A stretch of DNA of 64,000 bases from Paraspadella gotoi (GCA_051294375.1 CM119263.1:1975740-2039739), one strand, 5' to 3'. Shown: positions 24,025-37,232, numbered from the stretch's first letter. Program-made: numbers and translations. Notes: generated by a model not told the origin, from the sequence alone.

Positions 24025-24880
24025 TATAATCTACTTTGTCGGTCCGTCGGTCCGACCCCTCAATCTTGTCGGGCATTAACTTATATCATATAAAAATATC
24101 GAATTATGATAAATTATTTAAAAAAAATGATGTCCATCCGTCCGTCCGTCCTCAGCAAAAAAACCAAAGACTATTTTTTTTCCCAAAATTCTGATTAAAA
24201 ATAATATGAAATTGGTACAACCAATATAAAAATTATCTCCATTTAATAAATAAGCTATCTTGCCCCTGACTTTGGACAGGCTGTGGTGTTTAAGGCCTCC
24301 ATCACTCTTACAAGATAATGACATAGCAGGTCCCTGCAAGCTTTCAATCAAGACTCTTTCACAGTCTCGTTTATTCACTCCCAGAGTACCTGGCTTCCCT
24401 ATCAATGAAGTGGAAAATATTTCAAAGAATGTTTCAATTGTATGAAAAGACCACTCCCTTAAGTATTAGATCGGGGAATACTTATTGTACTCCGCACTAG
24501 CATCAAAATACAAGGAGCTGAATTTTATGAAATTGGTACAACCAATATAAAAATTATCCATTCATTTAATAAATAAGCTATCTTGCCCCTGACTTTGTTA
24601 GAGATATAATATTAATAATATTATGAGTAGTCTTTTTTATCAAAAATAGGTGAAAACAGTTAGAGACAACCTCTTTTGGAAGTAGTAATTGTATGCAATA
24701 AATAATTTTATGCTGTTGAGAAATAATAATGACGAAAAGACCTAAAAACAAACATTTCGGATCAAATTAATTAATTGCCTAATTAATAAATTAATTAGAA
24801 TTAATCAATTAATTAGAATTAATTAATTAATTAACGCTAATGATCGTGGGCAGATACGACATTGTTTTCTCAAACTTGTT
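24025..24880 (+). mobile_element. DINE-1/Helentron-like family 1 copy with a different internal segment
   Basis: CTTTGTCGGTCCGTCGGTCC...CAATCTTGTCG 5' block and the GGGCAGATACGACATTG...AAACTTGTT end. Internal 24300-24445 recurs at ~42565-42685. Confidence 0.6.
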
Positions 24881-27529
24881 ATTTCACAATCGAATCTCAC
24901 AAACTCTTCTCGTAATTAAAAAAAAACCTCCTCATATGTAACGCGTTAGCGAGACTTGGACTCTCAAAATTGGCACATCTCTGATTTAAAAGGGTCTCAT
25001 TCAACATTCACATTTGACATTTAAATTTACCTTTGACTTCAAGGCTTGTTTATTATAGGCCTACTTTGTAAATATTTTCATAAAGATGTAGCTGAAGTGT
25101 CATTCTTACAACAACGAAAAATTTTGGAACTCAAAAAATTGGGAGAGCCTATAAATTTATTTATTTGACTTTAAAATACATGTACCAATTCGGCTCTGAC
25201 TTTTCATCTCTTTCGATTTGAAAATATTGTTTATCATTAATTTCCTTTACATAGCGTCTTTTTTAACAATTTTTGAATAACTCTTTTTATTTTATTAGTT
25301 AAAATTGTAACTTTTTAGGGCAAATGATGATTACAAATTAATAAATACCTAGATGCAAATGGTATGTTTTTTTCCTACCTCTTGTTAGATGAGCAGAAAA
25401 AAGGTTTATCTAGTGAGTATATTTTCGATCTTTTCGATTTGTATCCATAAATGAAAATGTCGAAAATTTAAAAAAATGCTTAAATTTAATTTACGTTTTT
25501 TTTTAAAGGAAAAGTTTTTAATCTACAATTTTCAATGAATAACTTTGGATGAAGAAAGTAATTTCAATCTAGTTTTTTTTTCAGTCTGAATTGACGAAAA
25601 AGTCGCTAACGACAACGATGAAGACAACGACGACGACGACGACGACGACAACGTCGTGATATCGTGACTCATTCGCTTCTTATTCGGGAGACGCGTTGCG
25701 AGCGCTTTATAAATTTTTTTTGGTTAGTCAGTCAGCCAGGTAATTTTTTTCTTTTCAGTTTTCTTTTTTTCCCTTTTTTTCCTTTTTTTCCTTTTTGTTT
25801 CTTTTTTGCTCTTTCTATTTCTTTCTTTCTATCTTCGTTCTTCTCTCCTCTTATCTTCTTCTCTCTTATCCCTAACCATTAGGCCGGAACAGGTTAAAAT
25901 TTAAAACATTTTTTTAATAGATTCTGATAGAGCTTTAAAAGTTAGATAAAGGTTACTAATACAACTCTTTTTAAATTTTCATCAATACAATAAAAAACTT
26001 TAAAAACCATAAATTTCAGCCAATGATGATGATGATAATTTTTTTTAGGTTTAACCAATATATTGTCAAAAATTTTAAAAATTATAGTACTAACTTATAT
26101 TTAACTTTTCAATCCGTTCTTAAGAATAAAAATATAGATTTTTTTGTCATTTGTTATGTATTAATAAATATTTAAAAGCTTCAGTGTAACAACCCAATGA
26201 ACTAATTCAAAAAGTTGTATTGAAAATCGATTTAGGAAAACTGAAATTTTTTGAGAGAACTAGAAGTTATAAAAAGTGTTCAATTTTGGCCCGCCTTACT
26301 AACCATCTCCCTTTCTTTTCTTCTCCTCCCCTCTTTTTTTCTAAAAGGTGACAACGAATCAATAATTTTGCTTTGCGACGAGAAAGAGAAAGAAAAATTT
26401 TTCTCTATGTTTGTTAGCAAATGGAGAAAAATCAAAGAGGATAAAGGAATATATTGTATTATGTACCGAAATTCGCCTATTACAGGTTTAATATTTAAAA
26501 TTAGGTAGCTTTCAATGAATTTTATTAACAGTTTTATTTATTTGAATTTAATAATTTTAATAAGAGTTGTGCAATGTACGATTCTGCCCGAGCTCTAAGT
26601 TTTTTAAAAAAAAGCAATTTTGAAAATACAGTAAATAACTGTTAACTTTTATAACAAAGAATGGGGACTTTTTTTCCGAAAGCAACCTATTTCAATTCCT
26701 AATCCCTTAACCTTTTTATTTAGAGCCACAAAAAAATTTTCTTCGCATGGTTGGTAGCGCGCAGTATAAATACAAGAAATAATAAAAGACATCTTGTGCC
26801 CTCCTAATTTTTTGAAACACATGTAAAACTATTCCTAAGATAGGGGTAGCCGCACTCAATGGGGTGAGTCAAAAATTTTGAGTGAGTACATGCTCAAACG
26901 AATATTTAGACATTTTTAAGAATACTTTTAATGGACCAAAAATTTCTAATATGGCTCTATACCCTAGTAATTATTTTTTTAATTATTTATTATAGATAGG
27001 AAAGGCCAAAAATTTTTTTTTAGAATTTTTAAATTTAAGACCAGATTCAGATAGCTCATAAAAAGTTGTCTACACAAAGTATGATTCTTTTTTAAATAAT
27101 TTTTACGATAAGTGTGTCAAACTGATTTTATCAGTTTTTTTATATTTTCACTTAGAAAACGTAAGAATTTTTAAAAGCTGTAATTATATTTCTTGTTTAA
27201 CTTTTTATGCTCTATCAGAATCCATCAAAAAATTTTAAGATTTTAAAAAAATATTTTTTGCTCAATATAGTAATATTATATTTTTAATTAGGCGAGTACC
27301 CTCAGAAGAAAGCATTTTTGACAAAAAAATATTTTAATACCATAATCTATGGTCATGATAGATTATTTTAACACTGTATACATTAGCATTTAAATTTCAT
27401 CGGCTATGGCTACCTAAGATCAAAAAATTAAAAATTCGCTTGGCCAATTTTCCGTTCTATCGATTTCATAATGCGATTAGATGCAAAAAAATTAGAAAAA
27501 ATCTTAAAAGCATAAGGAATCGAACCTAC

Positions 27530-27780
27530 TTTTGATGATAACCAAATATTGATGCGATGATAACCAAATTTTGATGCGATGATAACCGAAGGATTGATGC
27601 GATGATAACCAAATGATGGATGCGATGATAGTCATTCATTGATGCGATGATAATCATTCATTGATGCGATGATAGTCCTTCATTGATCGGATGATAATCA
27701 TTCATTGATGCGATGATAGTCATTCATTGATGCGATGATAGTCATTCATTGATGCGATGCTAGTCATTCATTGACGTGAT
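27530..27780. repeat. 22-bp minisatellite, ~11 copies (GATGCGATGATAGTCATTCATT and a variant)
   Basis: Tandem units directly visible. Confidence 0.9.
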
Positions 27781-27802
27781 GAGTTAATTAGAGGAGAGAG
27801 AA

Positions 27803-27843
<41 letters not shown>

Positions 27844-28008
27844 CGACATAAGTTGATTGAGAGAGAAATATAGAGAGAATATAAAATAATAAAAAGTTTT
27901 AGAAGGAAAAAAATAAAAATCCACGAAAATCTCGGAAATAAATTTGGATTTTGTATTAAGAAAAAAGTGGCGTTGATAAAAATAAATTTTATTAGAGTGT
28001 GATTAATA

Positions 28009-30305
28009 CACTGTTTTTTTTTAACCATGCAGTCGAAAATTTTCACAATCTGTACAGTTTCTAGTATAATTTTTAAGTGCTAAAACGATAAAAGGTGTCC
28101 TCAATCAGATTTTGCGTTTAGACCTGCGCACAATTGACCGAGTTGACGTTGACTACAAATGGAATTTTTCTCTTTCTTTAATTGCAAGATAAGAAAAATA
28201 GTTTTATAAAAGTAATAATTGCCTAAATTTTATGTTAATCTCATTATTTATTAGGTTTTACTTTTAAATTTTTTTTTAAAAAAAGGTTCTTACCCATAGT
28301 GGGCGTGTCCAAACCGGAAATGATGCTCAAAAACTGATAAATACGCAATATTAATAGTTTTTGATCTACTATAAATATAATGGTTTTTTATTATCATATG
28401 ATAGTTGTATCACAAAGAATTATCATATATATCATAAAAACTATCATAGCTCTAAATAGACAAAATAAATATCAGTTACAAAAGATTCGCTTTCTTAAAA
28501 CTTAAAATTCAGAATTAATATTATTTCTTAATTCGTTGTTTGAAGAGACTCATATGTACAGGAGATAATGATTTAATATTAAGCATATAAACTTTTTTTG
28601 ACAAGGAATAAAAAATATTTAGTATTAAGCAATTCGTGGTAGGATTTATAAGTATAATTTTTCTTACATTTTTGCCAACATTTTGATTTCTTATGAACTA
28701 ATCATTTTTAAAGGCAGTCCAGAGGTAAAAAGTAAATTGTTCCAGAAAAAGTCAGGTAGAGAGAGAAAGAACTGCCTTGGAAAAATGATTTGTTCATAAG
28801 AAATCAAATATTAGCATGAAAGTAATAAAAATGAACTGTAAATTCTACTATTGAATTGCTTAATACTAATATTTGTTATTCCTTGTCCAAAACGATAAAA
28901 TTATTTATATAATTTTATATTGCTGTTATTATTTATTATAATGAAATTTATATGATATACTCAAGGTTTAAATAAGAGTCGTCTTACTTCTAAAACCCTT
29001 GGGACTAAAGTTAATGAAACTAAATAGAAAAAAACTAATTAATAAAGTTTATACAGCTTTATTAAAACTGATCTTATATTCGTATCAGATTTTAAACAGT
29101 GAACATGTTTTAACTTTTAATTCAAGTCTTCATCCACATTTATGATATTGTCAACAGTTTTTTTATTTCACAAGAAATATTTGGGAGAGAGGAGAGAAAT
29201 GAAGAGAGAGTGGAGAATTAGGTGAGAGTAAGGGAAAGAGAGAGAGAGAAAGAGAGAGAGAAAAATTTTCAAACAAGATTTGAGAAAAGGATAGAGGTCG
29301 AGGTGAAGACAGTTAGGTTTAGGCCCAGAGAGAGAGAGAGAGATAGATATGAAAAAAAAATTCACAGTTTTAAAGAAAAAATCATTGCTTTGAACTACTT
29401 CAAACCTTTCTAATTCAAAAAACGCGACAAAAGATAGGATTTTCACATAATGGTATAAATAATAATTTTTTTATTGCTGGATTAAAGGTTTTTTTAAGGA
29501 AAGAAAGAAAATTATAAATCTGATTAACATTTGATGCATGGATATTGTTTCTCTTCTCCTTCACCCTTGGAAAACTTAAAAATAGGGTATTCCCTCTAAA
29601 GATTTCATAAAAACTTTATGAAAAAAGGGTCTAACTTCCGGCTATAGTTTTTGAGCAAAAAAAAAATGGTTAATGCCAGTAAAAAATTAACTGATGAAAA
29701 AAATTAAATTAGTAATAGGTATTTAAAAATTAAAACCAGGAATTGTGTTAAATTAGAAAAGTCTCATTAATGAATGAAATTGAAATGAAATTTTGGAATA
29801 TTAAGTTAAAGTTTAAAGTCCTTTGGCTATTAAAAACGAATCTTTTAAGATGTAATAATTGATAAATATGATGTGGATTTTTTTATGATTATGGATGATA
29901 ATTCTTTTGTGATAAAGCTGTAAAAACAGAAAAAACCTTAGCAGTCAGAACAGATCAAAAACATTTATAATACATATTAATTGATTATCGAGCACTATTT
30001 CCGGTTTGGGACCACGCCCACTATTGATGAAAAGCCTTTATTGAACATTTTGTCTAAGTACTACTTATTAATAATAATACTAATTGCAGGATAAGTTAAT
30101 AACAACTACCTAACTTTTCATTTGTAGTAAAAAAGAAAAATTCCATTAATTTAGTCCACGCCAACTTCCGGTAAATTGTGCGCAGAGTCAAATGCAAAAT
30201 CTGATTGACGACACCTTGTTAATCGTTTTTAAGCACTTAAAATTATACTAGAAACTGTACAGGATTGTTGAAATTTTCGACTGCATGGTTAAAAAAAAAC
30301 AGTTG
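28009..30305. mobile_element. Non-autonomous DNA transposon with long (~500 bp) terminal inverted repeats and CACTG...CAGT(T)G termini (CMC/CACTA-like)
   Basis: CACTGTTTTTTTTTAACCATGCAGTCGAAAATTT... is the reverse complement of ...AAATTTTCGACTGCATGGTTAAAAAAAAACAGT. Homology continues inward through GTGGGCGTG/CACGCCCAC. No ORF inside. Confidence 0.75.
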
Positions 30306-31133
30306 TTAGTGATTAGGCATCAGATTAACTTTCTATTTTTTTTCAATTGAAATAGACTGAAGTCTTTTGTTCATCTAGTTCAAAATGAGTGAAAACCTTA
30401 TTTTTGCATATTATTGAAAATTAATTGAGATTGATATTGATTTGTATGAAATGTAAATCGTTGCTATAAGGCTAAACTATTTTCAATTAATAATGTCAAA
30501 AAATTATAATCTCTATTAACAAAATATATAGTTGAAAATACTCAGTTAACGACTATTGATATTTTTGACTTCCAAATATTTTTTTACTACTTATCAAAAA
30601 AAATTTATATTTCCTCATTTTAAAAAAATTTAATCTTGAATGAAATTTTAGATAGTTCTTTATTTAAGAAGGCATCAATTGCCTACCTCTCACATAGCAG
30701 AACTCATGTGACATTGCATGGCATTATAAGTTATTATTCACTTTTTTTTTAAAATCTCGGATTGTAAATTTGGGATTTTGTATCGAGAAAATGGCGTAAT
30801 AAAATTTTTAGAAGTAAATAAATAATTAATTTTTCCAAAAAGAACGATCACGCAAAGAGAGAAAGAGACAGAAAGAGAGATGAGAGAGAGAGAGAAAGAG
30901 CTGAACAGACGCTGCAGAGGCGGACTCGTTTTACTCGTTTACTCGTCGCCAAGTGACGGTGGTGAAAAAAAAGTGAACTAAAAAAAAAATTAGGAGAGAG
31001 AGAGAGAGATCTACNNNNNNNNNNNNNNNNNNNNNNNNNNNNNNNNNNNNNNNNNNNNNNNNNNNNNNNNNNNNNNNNNNNNNNNNNNNNNNNNNNNNNN
31101 NNNNNNNNNNNNNNTCCGTTGATCATCTTTAGT

Positions 31134-32170
31134 GATTCTATAGACTCAGCTTGTTACAGCCCTCACCCTTCCCTTGAGATATCTTCTTCTTGTTCCAGTT
31201 TTCCTCGTCTTTTAACAGCTCCCATTCCACTATCTCCAGGGTACTCTTACGCACGTGCAACGAATTCTTCCGTGCCCCACTTCTTGTTCTTATGAACAAC
31301 TGTGAGGATTCGACCTAACATTTCTGTAAATGGCTTGTGGGGTCGGATAGAAACAGATCCGCGGACTGACCGAATACTTTTAACTTTTTTTTCACTCAAG
31401 ACAACAAAGATAGATGATATCGTCTGGGTTCATCCTCTAGAAATTTGAAGTCCCGTCGCATGCACCATCTTCGCACATTTTCCCACTATTTGACCTAGTT
31501 TCGAAGAACTTGATCTGCCTACTAACGTTCTCTCTCCCGTTCTTCCTTTTATATCTGCTTGAGTAACAGAGCAGCTATTTAGCGAAATTGACGCAGCATG
31601 TACGCCCATTTTCTCATTGATACACACCAGTTCATCAATTGCTCTAGCTCCATAGCTCATTTGAATCTACCACCAGATCCAAAACACTCCTGTTGTCCGG
31701 CGTTCTCCCTTCAATCATCTTTCCAGACTGTGTGCCACTTGAAAATCGGCCCCCTATTTACCGCAAGCAGTGTGCTCACATCCTTTGGGCCCCACCTCAT
31801 GTGTCTGTTCGAGCGATTCTCAAGTTTCGTTTCCTCTATTTTCTATTAAACACGTTTCCCCCTTCTTCTCCACTGGCGATATGTATACAGATCGCACTGA
31901 GCGGTTATCTGACTCTAGGCTTGATTTTTGCACAGACGCCGTCATGCTTCTTTGGTCCTCGCGAAAAACGCCCTTTCTTTTTGGCCTCTCTCTCTCGCTC
32001 CTCCATTTCTCAGTTGCTCATCGGTTCTCTTCAACAGATCCCTGCCTTGTTTGAGGCTGTTATTACAACAGCTGGTCTCAATCCCTGTCCCAATCCATAG
32101 TACGTTCTCCACGTGCGTACGTGCGTCTTCTCTGCACCATTCATATCTCTCTGCTTTATAAAGTATGCTC
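31134..32170 (-). mobile_element. Heavily degraded coding-like fragment, possibly the APE endonuclease of a non-LTR retrotransposon
   Basis: Across frameshifts, DGVCAKIK, SVYISP and IGADF..H..W-like motifs appear in the order expected for a LINE endonuclease. Weak. Confidence 0.35.
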
Positions 32171-32827
32171 ACAAAATACCCATCTCTCTCTATTCCACTG
32201 AGAGTACGCTGGCGTAAGAGGAAGTTTGCTATTTGGAGTCAAACTGTTTGGAGTGTCATTAAAAGCCGCGGAAAGATGGCAGACGGAGACGTGATATTCG
32301 TCGTTGTCGTCGTCGTCGTTGTTGTCGTCGTTGTTGTCGTCCTCGTCTTTTTTAAAGTTGTTCGGATTTATTACCAAATTTAACACAAGAATGCGAGAAC
32401 AAATGTTTTACTTCGAGTTTCCCGTAAAATACATTATTATTATGTTGTACTTGTCTGTCTGTCTGTCTGTCTGTCCAACAAAGAAAACGTCCCAGCTAAA
32501 CATTTCACTTTTAAACGAAAAGAAAGCATCAAGTTTAATACTTTTCATTTAAAAAGTATAAAATAATTTAGTTTATTTTCAACTTGTCGTCGTCGTCGTC
32601 ATTTTTTTCATGACTGCAAATGATTTTTATAGCTTTTATCGCCAGCGTCTCTTTTCACCTCTTGCTTTATTGCTCTTTTACTTTGCTTCTCTTTTCCCCT
32701 TTTGCTTTATAGCTTTTTTATCTCTGCTAGTCTTTCTCTGCTTCTCTATTCACATTTTGCTTTATTGCTTTTTTATCCCTGCCTCTCATTCCATGCATCC
32801 CTTTCCACTTCTTTTCCTATTCGTATA

Positions 32828-33806
32828 CCATGATGGAAAAAAAAGTGTCGCGGTTACTTTCCAGTTAATTTTCAGCATTTTAATATAAGAATCGAAAAAT
32901 AAAATTTAAATATCAAGAAACTTTGGCCTTTTGTGATTTATATAAGCTGTGTCTCATTTATGTATGACAAAAAATACAGGAATTAAAAGAAATAAAAAAA
33001 AATGCGTTAAAAGAAATAAAAGAAAATGCGTTGTCCAAAAAAATTTTTCCTTCATTTTTATCTTTTTTATATCTATACTTTTTATTTATACTTATTTCTG
33101 GTTCTTTTTTATTATTTTTTGAGTTTAACCAATACTATTAAAAATCCCTGACTTTTCTCTGTCTCATGTCAAATGGTTATTGCATTATCTCCATTAAGAT
33201 AGATTCAGGGATGAATCTTAATTCATATGTCAAAAAAAGAGCAATATTAAAAATACATTGATGCTGTAAATATTACAGAATATTATTTTTAAATTGTAAA
33301 GTATCAATAAAAGTTAAAAGGTTCCGGGTAACCTTTATATAAGCAAAATTATCATTTTTATTTACCTTTGGATGTATTATCAGAATCAAGTATCAAACAA
33401 GTCCAAAAATAAAAAAATAAAAATTTTGTTGAAGTGAAAGACAATGAATTATCACATTATGCAGCAACAACTCAAGCCTGGTTTACTTTATAGCGGATCA
33501 ATCTTTTTCACTGCTTGCTAAGGACCATTTTTGCCCCAAATCTGATACAAAAATATCATGTCAGAGATATAATTTTAACAATAATTTGAGTAGTTCTCTC
33601 AATCAAAAAGAAGTGAAAACAGAGACAACCTCTTTTGGAAGAATTTGAATGTATTGATTAATTTAATGCTGTTGAAAAATAATCATTTTATTCAGTCTTA
33701 GGGAGGTTATATTACCTATTAAAACTTATTTATTAGCCAAAAAATATATTTGACAATAAAATTAACTGGCTTTTCCAAACCGCGACACTTTTTTTTTCCA
33801 TCATGG
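32828..33806. mobile_element. MITE with ~28-45 bp TIRs and a TA target-site duplication (Tc1/mariner-like)
   Basis: TA|CCATGATGGAAAAAAAAGTGTCGCGGTT ... AACCGCGACACTTTTTTTTTCCATCATGG|TA. Confidence 0.8.
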
Positions 33807-34394
33807 TAGAATAACATTTATTTTTTCCCTTTAAAAATCGATAATCACTAAAATTTAGATTCTTATCTTTATTTTTTAAAATTATACAACTTTCTGTGGT
33901 GGCACGTTATTAGAGAAATAATATTTCCTTTCAAATTCTTATTTCCCAATTTTTTCTCTCGAGTTTCAAATTACCACGATTTTCTGCTCCAAAACAAACA
34001 TTGCGGCGGCAGCGGCAGGGGCGGCGGCGGCAGGGGCGGCGGCGATGGCGGCGGCGGCGTTAGAAAGCGAACGTTGACCCCGGGATTTCTTCTCGTCACC
34101 AAACACTTTTTATTTGCACTCATTTTCTCTGAGTTGAGTCGGTAGGCGAAAGAGGGAGAAGCATTTCTCAGTGAACCCTACTTTTTCTCAAATTCACAGC
34201 TCAAAGGTTTTTACAAACTCATCCAACATATCGGAGATCCTACTTTATTAACTTACCATCAGCAAAGTCCTGTTTTCTCTTACCTACTTTTTCTCTATCC
34301 TATTCCTCACCTTTTACTCGCCCCACCTCCGCCATCCCCATTTCACGCCCTGAGACAAAGCCGCGTCCCAAAACCCATTTTCTCTTACCTCACA

Positions 34395-34427
<33 letters not shown>

Positions 34428-35267
34428 TCTCTTCCTTTTCCTCCTCTCTTTCAATCAAATGCGCTCGGTTAAGATATTTTCTTGTCAACAAAAACCATCA
34501 GAAACTCAATTACATCCTCATCGCAGAATCGAAAGCGGTATGGCGCTTATGGTGGTTATGGGCAGAGGCGCGTAGAAGGTAACTTGACAATCTCCACCAA
34601 GCTTAAGAGACCGGATTTTATTGGCTAAAGAATTTAATGTTTCTTGTGAGAAAAGTCAACTAACTCACTCAATGAGACATCTATTTCCTGCAAAAGGCAG
34701 AAAAGTACTCAAAATCAAATTAATTTTACATTAAGCCTAATTATAATGAGTTAATCTATTTAGTCCATGTACTATGATAATTGAGAAGTTATTTTGGATT
34801 TGAAGAGGGGCCCCTCGATTTCTCCACACGCCCCTGGTTTCGAATTTTGTTTTATGGTGGTCGGGTCCGTTAAGGAGTTCACGATGGTTCAAATCGTTCA
34901 TGACGCTTATTTTATGGTGGACAGAATGATATATATACAAACGGTGATTAAATTGTTAATGTTTAATGTTTATGTCGCTATCGATTTTGGAGACAGATAA
35001 CGACGCCCGGGATGTGGTTAGCGATTCTTCGGTTATTTGAAAAACGTTTTCGTTGATGGCAACGAAAATAATATTTATTAAGCGTCTCTCTCTCGCGGCG
35101 GAGGAGATATTCAGGTCACGAAGCCGAAGCTTAAGCCAACGCCTCAGCCCGACAGACCGACGGACCGACAGCCCTAAGCCGACGTCTCAGCCTAATCCCT
35201 TCGTTATCAAATTTTGTCTTCGCGTCTCCTTTAAGAGACTTTCTCTTCTCTGCCAAAATACGATCCG

Positions 35268-35480
35268 CCATCTGGTGAGAAGTTTCATTTTATGGCCCCA
35301 TCTGCTGAGGAGGTTTAAAACGTTGCCAATTTACTGAGGCGTTTCATATCATTATTCATCTGATGAAGAGTTGGAATTCTCTCCTATCCCATATGCTGAC
35401 GATTGGAAAATTGTTACCATCCGCTGAGGAGTTTTTATTTGTTTGCCCATCTGCCAAGGTGGCGTTTCTGCCATCTCTGA
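35268..35480. repeat. Array of 8 degenerate CCATCTGCTGAGGAGTTT motifs at ~30-bp spacing
   Basis: Motif starts at about 35268, 35298, 35327, 35356, 35389, 35417, 35447 and 35471, with divergent spacers. Confidence 0.7.
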
Positions 35481-36229
35481 ATCCACTCGGAGTCGTTCTC
35501 TCATTTCGCAATCAATTTTGTCGACGGGTCACGTGACTCAGGATGATTTGATCGATCGGGTGAATCGATCGAATCTCACAAAAATTATTCTCAAAACGTG
35601 ATAAGAATTTCCTTTTTTTTTTCTTTTACTAAACTCATTAAATTTTCTTTAACAAAGTCAAAGATTAAATATTCTCGTTAAAATCTCTTTTGAATTTTTC
35701 TTCGCGTTGGCTTTTGTTTCTAAAAAAAAAAATATTATCTTTCCCTTTTGTTATTTTCTCTTTTACATCACGCGCCCTTTTATCTCTCCAGTCTCCACGA
35801 GCGCCATCTTTTCGATTCACCGCCTCCGCGAGATCTTGAGTTACGATCGACGACAGATGATGAGTTGTATTTCATTCTGGACGAACGCAATTCGCGAGCG
35901 AGAGGAAAAGAGGAGAGTGAAAAGTGAGTTTTAAGGGGAGACCGACGAACGACGAACGGCGATCAACAACTGGCTACCGACGACGAAGAAATAAATGATG
36001 TCGACTCTAGCAACTGAGAAAACAAAAAAAGAGAAGCAATCATAGAAACAAACAAAGAAAAAAAAACAATTAATCAATCAATCAGTCCGAAGAACCATTT
36101 CACAAAACAAGTAAATGAAATAAGACAAAAAAATAAATAAAACAAAAAGAGAAAAAAAAAATCAATAAACGTGTAGAAAACAAAAATAACGGAAAAATAA
36201 AGATTTAAATAATTAAATAACTTACTAAA

Positions 36230-36357
36230 TAATTGAATAAATAAGTAACTTACTAAATAAATAAATAAATAACTTACTAAATAAATAAATAAATAAATAA
36301 ATAACTTACTAAATAAATAAACTAATAAATAAATAAATAAATAAATAAATAAATACA

Positions 36358-36456
<99 letters not shown>

Positions 36457-36460
36457 ATTA
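36230..36460. repeat. (AAAT)n microsatellite
   Basis: Directly visible. Confidence 0.95.
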
Positions 36461-36527
36461 ATTAATTAATTAATATAAAAATAATTAATTAATTCCGCTA
36501 ACCTCCCCTTAAAAACTCCCCACTCAC

Positions 36528-36720
36528 GTCTTTGACGGTTTGTCCTTGTAGAAAGAGTCGTGGTCCTTAAATTCCAGGATCTTTCTTCCCCTGAAATGTT
36601 CGGTGACCCAATGCTTGTTGGCCGCGTCGATGAGCGGCCGCGTGTCCTTCATCCACGCTCCCCAGAATGTCTTGGAGTTGCGTTGGAAGACGGGGGTGCC
36701 GACGCGGCGGAGACGGCAAT
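36528..36720 (-). CDS. Internal exon encoding the start of an olfactomedin domain (gliomedin/colmedin-like)
   Basis: 193-nt exon between a pyrimidine tract plus AG and GTGAGT. Translates as DCRLRRVGTPVFQRNSKTFWGAWMKDTRPLIDAANKHWVTEHFRGRKILEFKDHDSFYKDKPSK, matching the olfactomedin C-x-L-x-x-VG-x-P...GAWMKD...WV pattern. Not in the ORF track. Confidence 0.85.
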
Positions 36721-36944
36721 CTTGGGGGAGTGGGAGAGGGGCATTGAGAAATGAGGAAGTTGAAGGGGATGGGGGAAGAGGGAAGAAAGAAATTAAAAGA
36801 GAGATTGGGTCGTGGGGAGATAGGAAAGGAGGGAGAAAGATAAATATGGGAAGTAAATAAAAAAAAAATAAAAAAAGAAGGAAAGAGAAACTTTAAAAAG
36901 TGGATCTGGAGAAAGGAGAAAAAGAAGAGAAAGAAAAAAAGAAG

Positions 36945-36946
36945 AT

Positions 36947-37037
<91 letters not shown>

Positions 37038-37160
37038 ATAAAAGAGCGAATCCACAATGCTGGCCGTCGTCGCTCCTGCAACCAATTGATTGCAGTCGTC
37101 AGAAAATCGTTGGCGACTCTTATGTTAAAGAAAAAAGGAAAAAAGAAAGAAAGAAAGAAA

Positions 37161-37194
<34 letters not shown>

Positions 37195-37232
37195 AAGAAA
37201 AAAAGATAGAAAGAAAAAAAGAAAGAAAAAAA

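Noticed and set aside
34527-34578. Possible small plus-strand exon (NRKRYGAYGGYGQRRVE) between CAG and GTAACT
   Set aside because: Too short, with no partner exons or homology to support it.
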